A stretch of 64,000 nucleotides of DNA, from contig DBDS01000004.1 in assembly GCA_002293685.1 (NCBI GenBank), positions 34,479-98,478 on the forward strand, written 5' to 3'. A program made the position numbers and the translations under genes. Below are positions 27,741-37,043 of the stretch, piece by piece (position 1 is the stretch's first letter; the number at the start of each line of letters is the position of its first letter). The stretch comes from Patescibacteria group bacterium UBA926. GTDB taxonomy: Bacteria; Patescibacteriota; Doudnabacteria; UBA920. Below the pieces are notes generated by a model. The model saw only the letters and a program-made list of their open reading frames with translations. It did no database searches and was not told the DNA's origin.

Positions 27741-28442
27741 ATGAAATTCGTTAAAACAAAAATACAACAGTACGGATTTACTGTTAACCACATCGCGTTA
27801 TTGGCTGTGGCTGTTTTGATTTTTGGAGCATTAGTCATTCCAAAGACAGGGCTTTCAATCACATCTGTATTCGGGAATGATGAACAACAACCGATGCTTA
27901 CTTACGATCAGATTCGTGGCGAGGTCTATGCTCAGATGGGCGTTGGTTCAGAAGATGCTTATATCCAAGAACTAGAAAACCAATTTGCATTATTAGATCG
28001 TGGTAGTACTGATGGTGCGGTGCTTGGAGAGATTATTGGTGTTGGTGAATTACCTGATCCCAACTCGTTGCATTTACCTGAGGTTGATGCCAAGTATCCA
28101 GCTCGTGTAATCAACGACAACTCTCCAACTTCCATCAGTGATTACCAAGATGCTGTAGCAGCTATCGAAACTCGAAATGGAGGAGCTCGTTTGTTCGCAC
28201 AACTTAGCACAGCAGATACAAACTTGCTAAATCAAAGCGTAGCTGGATTCAGCACAATCCTAAGTGAGATTTCACAATTGAACGTCCCAAGTAGCCAGCT
28301 TGAGATGCACAAGGTTCACTTATCTTATTATTACTCAATCATGAAGATGGCAGAAATTTACGCAGGTAGTGGAGATGAATCACAGCTACAGTTTTTCCTA
28401 ACTGTGATGATGAGCACTGGTAATAAGTTAAATTCATTTTAA
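27741..28442 (+). CDS. hypothetical membrane-anchored protein
   Basis: 233-aa ORF with an N-terminal TM helix, translationally coupled to the upstream gene. Confidence 0.4.
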   Translation: MKFVKTKIQQYGFTVNHIALLAVAVLIFGALVIPKTGLSITSVFGNDEQQPMLTYDQIRGEVYAQMGVGSEDAYIQELENQFALLDRGSTDGAVLGEIIGVGELPDPNSLHLPEVDAKYPARVINDNSPTSISDYQDAVAAIETRNGGARLFAQLSTADTNLLNQSVAGFSTILSEISQLNVPSSQLEMHKVHLSYYYSIMKMAEIYAGSGDESQLQFFLTVMMSTGNKLNSF

Positions 28443-28445
28443 AGT

Positions 28446-30422
28446 ATGAAATCTTTTTTTCTAAAAATTTCATCAGGAATTACTTTAACGGCGTTAATCG
28501 CTGCTTCTTTAATTTCTCCACAAACAGCTATTGCACAATTCTCTGGCACGGGACCAACCGTTCCTGTGAATGATTCACAGGTACTTGATTCTCTGGGATA
28601 CAACACTTCTTTATCGATCACAGGGGTGGTTTCGGAAGTGCAAACTGCGATCGCAGAAATCGCATCCTTGTGTAATGACATACTAGATACAGTTGAAGAC
28701 ACAGAAAATATTGCAAATTCCGTGAGTCGTTTTGAACAAGTGCTCAATGTAGCTATGAGCGTTATCGGCGGTAGTCCGGTAGAAGCAACAAAAGCATCTG
28801 TTCAGGCAGAACTCACACAAAGAAAGATCGATTGTGGTTATGCCTACCTCGAGGCATTAAATGAAATTGAACCAACCAGTTTAAATGATGCCAACCAATT
28901 GCAAAAAGCTGTGACTGAGGTTGCTACAGAATTAAATGCTCTTGAAACAAATTTAAAAAATCTGCAAGCACAGGCTAATGCAGGATGGAAAGATGTTGCA
29001 AAAGCGGTGATGGTAAGAACTTTACTTACAGTAAATAAGAACATCACCACAAAATTAGCCAATGAGTTAATCAATCGATATAAAATTGATGATTACTTGG
29101 CTTATGGCGATGCCGTGGCAACGCAAATTTATGCGATGAAGTATATCGATCAGAATTATCAGGGTGATGCTCGTACGCAAATGATGATGCGCTCGTTAAT
29201 TCAAAGCCCAAAAGCTCCAGAAAAAGCTCGGATAGCAGCGAACTTTGCAAATCAGCAAGCTAGAGAGTATATCGCTAATAGTTGTGGTAGTGCTGGGTCT
29301 TTAGATTCATCAAACAGAACTTCGCTAAATTGTTTAGCTGCTTATGGCGATGTTCAAGCTAGTCCAATGTTCAAGTATATGAACGCTTTGGACACAGCTA
29401 GTCAGATTAAGCTGCAAGCAGATAAAACAGCTCAAGCTGAGATAGCACAAAGCGCTGGTTATGCTCCGCCTCGTGACTGTAGTGGTTCTTTGTCTCAGCA
29501 ACAACAATTAGATTCGAGAATTCAAGCTGTATCGGCAGAGCGCGATGCTGCCGAAGCAGTACTAGTGAGATTACAACAAGCCTTGAAGCAAGGTCAGACA
29601 ACTCAAGCTGAAGTCGATAAAGCAGAAGCAGCTTTCTTTGCGGCAGACACAAAGTTAGTAGAATTACCGCAAGAGGTAAACTCCCCGGTAATTGATATTT
29701 GTAAAGCTATTGATTCACCGGCGTCATATTTGGGAAATCAGGTGAATGAATGGGTAAGTAATTTAACCAAACAATCTACAGACTTAAAGCAGGACAACTT
29801 ACCTTTCTACGCGAACTTTATCAGTGACATAGCAAGTAACTTCTTAACAAATTTATTGACTGGTGGTAAAAGTACTTCCCAAGTGTTTAAAGAAGCAGGG
29901 CTTCAAGCGATGGGTGCGGGGGTTGTCAGCTTGGGAAGTTTAACAAATAATAATAGCTCAGGCGGTGGACCTCTTACTTCACAAAGTTTAAGTGAGGGCG
30001 ATGTTCAAATTTATGCTCGTAGTGCAAACAGCACAGAGCGCATTAACGTGTTAATGAGCGGACAGTCTTATGTGTTAGTGATAGACTTCGCTGGGTTGAT
30101 AGCACGACCTGGTACAAATGAAGATCCTGTGTTCAATCCAGTGCGAGCAGTGGTTTCGGGTGGTAACTTTGAGGGAAGTAATAACTTCCAATTATCTCCA
30201 GCCGAATTAGCAGCTGGTCGCATTGAGTTAGATCTCACGAATGTAACGCAGTCATTTTCTATCAATGCTCAATTCTATGCTCGCGTGCAAGGTTCTGACA
30301 CCCCGTTGCGTGGTGGTGGGTGGACTCAATCGTTTGTAGTTGGAACGGTAGGTGGTGCAAAGACAGTGTTCTTCAATCCTCGAGGGGAAATGCCGAACAC
30401 AAGCACGTTCCGCATCCGATAA
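28446..30422 (+). CDS. hypothetical large secreted protein
   Basis: 658-aa ORF with a signal peptide and Ala/Gln-rich coiled-coil-like segments. Confidence 0.45.
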   Translation: MKSFFLKISSGITLTALIAASLISPQTAIAQFSGTGPTVPVNDSQVLDSLGYNTSLSITGVVSEVQTAIAEIASLCNDILDTVEDTENIANSVSRFEQVLNVAMSVIGGSPVEATKASVQAELTQRKIDCGYAYLEALNEIEPTSLNDANQLQKAVTEVATELNALETNLKNLQAQANAGWKDVAKAVMVRTLLTVNKNITTKLANELINRYKIDDYLAYGDAVATQIYAMKYIDQNYQGDARTQMMMRSLIQSPKAPEKARIAANFANQQAREYIANSCGSAGSLDSSNRTSLNCLAAYGDVQASPMFKYMNALDTASQIKLQADKTAQAEIAQSAGYAPPRDCSGSLSQQQQLDSRIQAVSAERDAAEAVLVRLQQALKQGQTTQAEVDKAEAAFFAADTKLVELPQEVNSPVIDICKAIDSPASYLGNQVNEWVSNLTKQSTDLKQDNLPFYANFISDIASNFLTNLLTGGKSTSQVFKEAGLQAMGAGVVSLGSLTNNNSSGGGPLTSQSLSEGDVQIYARSANSTERINVLMSGQSYVLVIDFAGLIARPGTNEDPVFNPVRAVVSGGNFEGSNNFQLSPAELAAGRIELDLTNVTQSFSINAQFYARVQGSDTPLRGGGWTQSFVVGTVGGAKTVFFNPRGEMPNTSTFRIR

Positions 30423-30546
30423 AAATTTAAAAATACCGTCGTTCGAAGCAATTCGGGCGGCGGTTTTTTGTTCACAGATTTAGCTTGGAGTTTGAGATGT
30501 GTATGTGGTATAATATTTACAAGATTTAGCGGTTAAAACACATTCT

Positions 30547-33500
30547 GTGACCACGAAACAAACATCAAATTTCCTCAATTTTTTGCTTAAATTTTTGAAA
30601 CAAAACCTACATAAAAGAAGCAAGCGGATTGTTCTCGCTTTCGACAAGTTGAGGCGGATTGTTCTAGCATCCCTCGTTGCTTTTTTGTTTGTTCCGGTCG
30701 TTGGTTATGCTCAAGGACCCTTACCACCATCACAAACACCTCCAATCAATCCAACTCCAACCAATAGTTCTACTTGTGATTTGACCAGATTATCTGATGC
30801 GAATGCCAAGGCTGATTATGTGTTTGCGCCATCTGAAAACACTCCAATCAATCCAGAACAGGTTTTTCAAATTGGTGTGAAAATTAGCAATATTACAGAC
30901 CAACAACTAGCAGCAGCTTGTTACCAGAGCCAAAATTTAAAAATTTCAGCTAAATTTTATTTGTATCAATGTCTTCCTCTTCTTGATTATATAGCCTGCA
31001 GTCAAGCTACTGGTCCTGCTCTATCTGAAGGGATTTTAGAAGGAACTGGAAAGGTGATCAAAGACTCGAGCGGTACAGCTATTGGAATCGGTGGTGTTTT
31101 TGCTCCCATGAAGCTTACGGACATAATGAAAACCAGAATTACTGGCGCTCCTTTTGATTTTTCTATCACCAATACCATTCTGAATAATTATTATGTATAT
31201 GTATATCCAGAAGTTTTAATTTCGGATATGAATAAGGTTGAAGTTCCGTTCAATGATACTTATGCATTTTGGAGACAAGTGACTGTGAGTGCACCAGTTG
31301 GTTCACCGGGCGCAGTTCCCCCGGAGTTTGCACCTGAGACTGAGAATACAGCAAATCCTGGAGCAGCTGGCACACTTTTCAACTTCATCCGAAGTGTAAT
31401 CGCTTACATTGTTTTATTATTGACCAGCTTTATTTATTACATATTTTCAATTATTTTAGTTCCGGTTTTGGTCGCACTGTTGCAGATTCAGGCGTACAAA
31501 GATAACTTTGTAAACTTTATTTACCCAGGTTGGGTTATCATCAGAAACATCTCGAATATCTTGTTCATAATCGCGCTGTTATGGATTGGGCTTCGTACTC
31601 TTTTCCAAGTTGATGACGCAAGCAAGAGTCGTAGCTTTATAGTTCGATTAATTTTAATGGCGTTGCTCGTTAACTTCAGTTTGGTAATTGGTCAAGCCAT
31701 TGTTGGTATAGCTGATACTGTTCAAGCCCAGTTTTTACCGAAAGATAGTAGGGTTGTTGAAGCTTTGGGTCATAAGTTGATGGTTGACCCGATTATCACT
31801 TTCCGTGGTGGTGCAGATCTTGATGCAAGCGGCAACTTCACCAGCAACTCGTTCGCAAGTGATTTACCAAAAGCAATTATCTTACTTGTTCTTGCGGTTG
31901 CAGCATTTTTTGCTTTCGTTGCACTAATAGCATTTATTTTTGTGCGACTAGGAATGTTATGGCTTTTATATATGTTGTCGCCGCTGGCGTATGTGGCGCA
32001 AATATTACCTGAAACTAAAGAGTATGGTAAAAAATGGTTTACCGAGTTTCTTCGCTATGCATTTGTTGTACCTATTTTAGCGTTTTTCTTAAATATGACC
32101 GCTCTAATAGCAGTTACTTTTTCTAGAACAAGTGGTGATCAGGTTCAAGTTGAAGGCTCTGGTACGACTGCGCTGGGAGGGTTAGTTCCTACGGGCGATG
32201 CGGCAGCGGGAATAGTAGAGTTTGCAGTCACTGTAATGTCTCACTTCATCGTTCTAGTTTTCTTGTTTGGCGGAATGGCCTTCGCTCAAAAATTTGGTGG
32301 TGTTGGTTCAAAACAAATTGTTTCATTCGCGAAGAAGGGCTTTGATGCTGTTACTAAGAGACCAGCAATGTGGGCAGCGCGAGGCGCTGGGAATTTGGCT
32401 AAAAGTTATGGAAAAGAACAGTATGAACGAAAAATTGCTGGTGGATTGTTAGATCCAAAAGCATGGAAAGAGGGTTGGAAAGGTAGAATTAGTACAGAGA
32501 CTAACACTCAGAAATCTAATCGTTTACTTAAGAAAGATGGTAAACTGAATCCCGGTATTGCGACCCAGTATATGGGAACTTCCTTAAAATATTTGTTTCA
32601 TAAAATGACCTTCGGTGCACCTCATCGATTACTCTCAGAAGCTGATAGACTAAAAGAGCAGGCAAGTATTTTTACTGAGAACGAGAGATTAGCCAAGGAA
32701 GTCAAGTTGGGAGAAAATCAATCTGTTAAGCAAATTTATGATGCATTTAAAACTGGAATACCGGAAACAGGGCCAATCAATGTTGCTGGATTATTGGGTA
32801 GTTTAGGAACCCAAATAACTGATTTTGAAAATCAAGGCAATTTAAAAGCAGATAATCTAGAGATAGAAGCCAATACCTTGGAGGCGAATGGAAATATGTC
32901 TGGAGCTGCAGCAAAAAGAGCAGAAGCAGCTTCAGTTTTACAAGAATATGAGGATAAAGTAAAAGAGTTAAATAAAGTTAAAGATAAACTTGATCCTGCG
33001 ACTAATGGTGGGGTAGATGTAAACTCTGATCCAGGTTTGCGTAAACAAATTTCCAATGACTTGGAAAAAAGTATTGAGGAGCTTGCAAAAAATATTGAGG
33101 ATTCTCAGAAACAAATTAAGGACAATAATGTTCTTAAGCAAAAGTACGGCGTAACGGGTGATTTACCTGAGTCAGAAAGAGAGAGATTAAGGAAACAGGC
33201 CGAGTCGTTAGAACAAAAAGCCAGTGAACGAAAACTTCCAGAATCTCTGGCAATAAGGGCTTTATTGAGAGAAGGGCAAAAGAAGGAAATGGAAAAATAT
33301 GATGGTGTTGATGACCCAGATGAACTAATTGCTATTCATAAAAAGGCTATGAAAGATAATAATCTTTTGTTAGCAACGGCAATTCAAAAAAAGTTAGCTA
33401 AGGAAGGCTTCTTTAAAGATCTTCTACAAAGTGAAGGTGGGCGAAATAATATTGAATCGATGCAGGCATTCTTTGCGAAGAATTTAAAGGGAATGGCTCC

Positions 33501-33930
33501 TAATGTTCGCATGCAGGTTATGTCAGAGGTAAGTTATCTTAATAAACAAAGCAATAACTTGGCGTTATCCAATGCCACCAAAATGGATGCTGAAACAGGT
33601 AGTCTGAGATTAGCCACCTTAGAAGAACAAGCCAAAAAGGTAAATGGATTCTTAGAGTCAAGAAATCCTAATGATTTATCAAATCTTAAAGCTGATCAGG
33701 TAGTTAGGGAAAGAGAAGATGGTAAGAATGAAATTTTTGGTGGTTATGTAAATGCAATGAAAAAGCATATGGAAAGTTTGTCTGCCATAGAATTCGATAA
33801 ATATGTTCCTAAAATTCCTACCAATGTAGCAAAAAAGGTGGCTAATGCTACTAACTTTGGAGATTTTAATCCACAAGGCACTGCGATAGGAAATAAGATT
33901 CAACAAGCTTTTAAGGATCGTGGGAAATAA
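30547..33930 (+). CDS. giant polytopic membrane protein, VirB6/TrbL-like candidate with long charged C-terminal tail
   Basis: 1127-aa ORF with about 7 TM helices in residues 280-560 and a K/E-rich coiled-coil C-terminus. It lies next to the VirB3/VirB4-like genes. Confidence 0.4.
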   Translation: MTTKQTSNFLNFLLKFLKQNLHKRSKRIVLAFDKLRRIVLASLVAFLFVPVVGYAQGPLPPSQTPPINPTPTNSSTCDLTRLSDANAKADYVFAPSENTPINPEQVFQIGVKISNITDQQLAAACYQSQNLKISAKFYLYQCLPLLDYIACSQATGPALSEGILEGTGKVIKDSSGTAIGIGGVFAPMKLTDIMKTRITGAPFDFSITNTILNNYYVYVYPEVLISDMNKVEVPFNDTYAFWRQVTVSAPVGSPGAVPPEFAPETENTANPGAAGTLFNFIRSVIAYIVLLLTSFIYYIFSIILVPVLVALLQIQAYKDNFVNFIYPGWVIIRNISNILFIIALLWIGLRTLFQVDDASKSRSFIVRLILMALLVNFSLVIGQAIVGIADTVQAQFLPKDSRVVEALGHKLMVDPIITFRGGADLDASGNFTSNSFASDLPKAIILLVLAVAAFFAFVALIAFIFVRLGMLWLLYMLSPLAYVAQILPETKEYGKKWFTEFLRYAFVVPILAFFLNMTALIAVTFSRTSGDQVQVEGSGTTALGGLVPTGDAAAGIVEFAVTVMSHFIVLVFLFGGMAFAQKFGGVGSKQIVSFAKKGFDAVTKRPAMWAARGAGNLAKSYGKEQYERKIAGGLLDPKAWKEGWKGRISTETNTQKSNRLLKKDGKLNPGIATQYMGTSLKYLFHKMTFGAPHRLLSEADRLKEQASIFTENERLAKEVKLGENQSVKQIYDAFKTGIPETGPINVAGLLGSLGTQITDFENQGNLKADNLEIEANTLEANGNMSGAAAKRAEAASVLQEYEDKVKELNKVKDKLDPATNGGVDVNSDPGLRKQISNDLEKSIEELAKNIEDSQKQIKDNNVLKQKYGVTGDLPESERERLRKQAESLEQKASERKLPESLAIRALLREGQKKEMEKYDGVDDPDELIAIHKKAMKDNNLLLATAIQKKLAKEGFFKDLLQSEGGRNNIESMQAFFAKNLKGMAPNVRMQVMSEVSYLNKQSNNLALSNATKMDAETGSLRLATLEEQAKKVNGFLESRNPNDLSNLKADQVVREREDGKNEIFGGYVNAMKKHMESLSAIEFDKYVPKIPTNVAKKVANATNFGDFNPQGTAIGNKIQQAFKDRGK

Positions 33931-34972
33931 AAACCTTATGCAATCAATAGATATGAGCACAATCAAAGATATTATCGCAACAAATGATGTCAGGGAGGCT
34001 GTCAGATTGTTGGTATTTTTAAAAAAATCTCCAAAGATTGAAATTGATCAAAATTTATTGATGCAACTTCAGTATGTACGAATGAATAGCTTAACCCCAT
34101 CTCGCCTATTAGATTTATTAAGAGCATCTGTATTAGCTTGTTATTCAATCCCAAATTCATTGCTTAGTGAGAAATTGAAGGAATACTTAATTCAACTTGA
34201 TAGTGTTCCAGAAGAAATTGATTTTTTTGAAAAATTTATAAAGTTATTGGAAACTGACGAAGAGTTGATTGCTAATTCAAAACTGGTTGTAAAAGGTCAG
34301 CCATTTATACCGTCAATTAAGAATTTTATTGCGGACTTTAATTCTTCTACAAATGATTTTTCAAATAAAGATGCTTTGGTGGAAATTCGATACTTCTCTA
34401 ATTCTCCTTATATCAATTCTTTGCCTGAGGAAAGAAAGTTCATAGCAAGGGATATTATAAAAAGTTATAATTATGCTAAATCATCATTGCAAGAGTGGAA
34501 TAGTATTCCTGAAATAAAATCTCCCGAAGAGAAAGCCAATATATTAAAGAACTTTGATTTATACAAGGCAATTCCGTGGTTAGAAGAATATTTAGAGGAA
34601 GAGATAGAAAATGAATCACAGACAGTCGCTCCGAAAACAATTTTTCAAACATCTCAGCCTACACAATCAACTCAAGTTACTCAACCTGTACAATCACAGC
34701 GGGTTATCCGAAATAACACACCACCTGTGGGGACAGACACTCAACAAGCAAAAATCGACCGTAATTTACAAGTGGGTTCAGATGAGAATGAATTTAAAAT
34801 CCCGCAACAACGAGATTTAGACTTGTCCCGTCAAGCAAAACGAGGATTAGTGTTTGATGAGCCAACTAATGTCGATTTAACGGAAGTCGCGAAACGTCGA
34901 GAAGAGGAACTAAAAAAACAAAGAGCTATCGATGAAAAATTAAACGCTCTTAAACAGCGTAAGCAGAAATAA
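33920..34972 (+). CDS. hypothetical protein
   Basis: 350-aa ORF overlapping the upstream stop. No motif recognised. Confidence 0.4.
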   Translation: MGNKNLMQSIDMSTIKDIIATNDVREAVRLLVFLKKSPKIEIDQNLLMQLQYVRMNSLTPSRLLDLLRASVLACYSIPNSLLSEKLKEYLIQLDSVPEEIDFFEKFIKLLETDEELIANSKLVVKGQPFIPSIKNFIADFNSSTNDFSNKDALVEIRYFSNSPYINSLPEERKFIARDIIKSYNYAKSSLQEWNSIPEIKSPEEKANILKNFDLYKAIPWLEEYLEEEIENESQTVAPKTIFQTSQPTQSTQVTQPVQSQRVIRNNTPPVGTDTQQAKIDRNLQVGSDENEFKIPQQRDLDLSRQAKRGLVFDEPTNVDLTEVAKRREEELKKQRAIDEKLNALKQRKQK

Positions 34973-34973
34973 T

Positions 34974-35780
34974 ATGTCAGATCCAGTAAAAATTCAAAAG
35001 CTTACAAACTTGGTGGAAACCTCTACTATACTAAATGCTCAGGAAAAATCCGAGTGGCTTGCTTTGATGCAACTGATGAACGATAAGCAACTCTCAGAGC
35101 TTGAAGAAATTTTGAAGCCTGCCGCACCGAGCGTTACACCTGTTAGTAACAATAATCAAACTCAAGGTGTGAGCACACCTCCTTTGTCGCACATTAGCAA
35201 TCTACCTAGTCAGATGGTCGACCCGAGAATTAAGGCACGGCCTTTGGAGATGTTTCATTCCTCACAACCGGCTAAGCCAGCTGTGAAAACTCCAGTTCAA
35301 TCACCTCGCGTTCCTGAGCCACGACCACAGCCTAGAGTTCAAGCACCATCTCCTGTTATCTCTAAAGCTCAACCAATTACTCAACCAGTGCCTGTTGTTA
35401 GCTCACCTCAGAAACCACTTCAGACAGTTGCACCAAAGCCTGCATTTAACCCGGAGCCTGTAACCCCACCTACTCATGGACAAGTCAAAGTGGCACCGAC
35501 AATTCAATTAAGCTCGCTGGATGAAGCAAGTACATTAACATCCGCCGCGCTTCACGAGCAAACCAGGGAAGGTTTTTATAAGGCCATTATTGGTCTGGCA
35601 GAACAATTCGGTTATTTTCAAGTTTTATCCCAATTAGAACTAAGTCCTCTATATAAAGATTATTTGGTTTATGGAAAAGTAAGATTAAATGGTGGTCCGG
35701 ATGATAATTTACCTCTTTCACAAGAGGAGTTTGAGTTTGTTGCAGATTTGTTGACGGCGTTAAAAATTAACCGCGTTTAG
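34974..35780 (+). CDS. hypothetical proline-rich protein
   Basis: 268-aa ORF with a P/Q/V-rich central region. Confidence 0.4.
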   Translation: MSDPVKIQKLTNLVETSTILNAQEKSEWLALMQLMNDKQLSELEEILKPAAPSVTPVSNNNQTQGVSTPPLSHISNLPSQMVDPRIKARPLEMFHSSQPAKPAVKTPVQSPRVPEPRPQPRVQAPSPVISKAQPITQPVPVVSSPQKPLQTVAPKPAFNPEPVTPPTHGQVKVAPTIQLSSLDEASTLTSAALHEQTREGFYKAIIGLAEQFGYFQVLSQLELSPLYKDYLVYGKVRLNGGPDDNLPLSQEEFEFVADLLTALKINRV

Positions 35781-35794
35781 TTTGGTATAATTTG

Positions 35795-35888
35795 AGTTAG
35801 GAAGTAAGCAGTAGAAAGTAGTGAGTAAGACTCTACTGATCCGAACCTGGCTAAAATTACTTCTTACTTCTTACTATTTATTTCTTAG
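35795..35888. repeat. AT-rich GTAAG/CTTAC imperfect hairpin upstream of the VirB3-like gene
   Basis: GGAAGTAAGCAGTAGAAAGTAGTGAGTAAG...TTACTTCTTACTTCTTACTATTT. An extended -10 TGGTATAAT at 35782-35790 precedes it. Confidence 0.55.
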
Positions 35889-35893
35889 TTTCA

Positions 35894-36349
35894 ATGCAAT
35901 TTCCTGTCCCACAATTTACCGACGTCGAAGATAAAATTATCGCAGGTCTAACCTTTAAACAATTCGCGATAGTTTTTGGGGCAGCTGTTTTCACTTTCAT
36001 AATTTATACAATCAGCAAAAACTTACCAATTACTATCGGAGTAGCAGTTTTTACAGGCATACCAGCACTCGCATTAGTGTTTGGAAAGTTGAATGGCCGC
36101 CCTTTATACTCTAGTGCTGGAAATTTTGTTCAATATCTTTTTGGCCCCAAAGTTTATATTTACCATAAAGAGGGAAAAGATTTTGGCTCAGAGTATACTC
36201 CAATTATAGTTGAGGAAAAAGTTGCACCTAAAGACTTGAAACAAACTGCTGTGAAAATCAAAGAACTAAATTATGTTTTGCAACAACAACAATCTGAGCA
36301 ATCAAAGTTAATAGATATGATTAAGCAAAACCGCGAACAATCTAAATAA
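35894..36349 (+). CDS. small two-TM membrane protein, PrgI/VirB3-like candidate
   Basis: 151-aa ORF with two adjacent TM helices, immediately upstream of the VirB4 N-domain gene. Confidence 0.4.
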   Translation: MQFPVPQFTDVEDKIIAGLTFKQFAIVFGAAVFTFIIYTISKNLPITIGVAVFTGIPALALVFGKLNGRPLYSSAGNFVQYLFGPKVYIYHKEGKDFGSEYTPIIVEEKVAPKDLKQTAVKIKELNYVLQQQQSEQSKLIDMIKQNREQSK

Positions 36350-36357
36350 ATAGTTCC

Positions 36358-37041
36358 ATGGAAACCAAAAGCAAAAAAACAGTCGGCTCACCAACTCAGC
36401 AATTTCTAAAGCTCTCAGAGATTAGAGATGATTTAATCGTGATGAACGATGGAACATTGCGCGCGGTACTCGCTGTTTCTTCAACGAACTTTGACTTGAA
36501 GAGCGAAGAAGAACAGAACGCTCTAATCTATAGTTATCAAAGATTTTTGAATTCTTTAGAGTTTCATATTCAAATTGTTGTTCAATCTAGAAAAATGGAT
36601 ATTGCCGAGTACATGAGCAAGCTAAAAGTTTTAGCCGAAAAGCAAACCAATGAGTTACTTCGAATGCAAACCCAGGAGTACATCGAGTTCATTGATCGTT
36701 TGGTTGAATCGGCCAACGTAATGAACAAAGATTTCTACGTAATCGTTCCTTATACTACCAGCATTACCCCAGCGTCCACTGGAATATTTGGAAAGTTATT
36801 TGGTACAGGCCAATCTAAGCAAGTAGCCGATAGGGAAGCTAATCTAGCAAACGGTCGCAAGCAACTTGATGAGCGAGCAAATACTGTAGCCGCATCCTTA
36901 TCTAGTAGCGGTTTGCGCGTGGTTAGACTGGGAACTGATCAATTAATCGAACTTGTTTATAATTCTTATAATTTTGCAGCTGGCCCAAGCATAGATGCTA
37001 GTCAATTAGAAAAAGTTACTATTAAAGACTTACGAAATTAA
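36358..37041 (+). CDS. VirB4/TrbE/CagE N-terminal domain protein (first part of a split VirB4)
   Basis: The pattern LSEIRDDLIVMNDGTLRAVLAVSSTNFDLKSEEEQ resembles the VirB4 N-terminal domain. The stop at 37041 is followed 2 nt later by the ATG of the ATPase ORF. Confidence 0.5.
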   Translation: METKSKKTVGSPTQQFLKLSEIRDDLIVMNDGTLRAVLAVSSTNFDLKSEEEQNALIYSYQRFLNSLEFHIQIVVQSRKMDIAEYMSKLKVLAEKQTNELLRMQTQEYIEFIDRLVESANVMNKDFYVIVPYTTSITPASTGIFGKLFGTGQSKQVADREANLANGRKQLDERANTVAASLSSSGLRVVRLGTDQLIELVYNSYNFAAGPSIDASQLEKVTIKDLRN

Positions 37042-37043
37042 TT

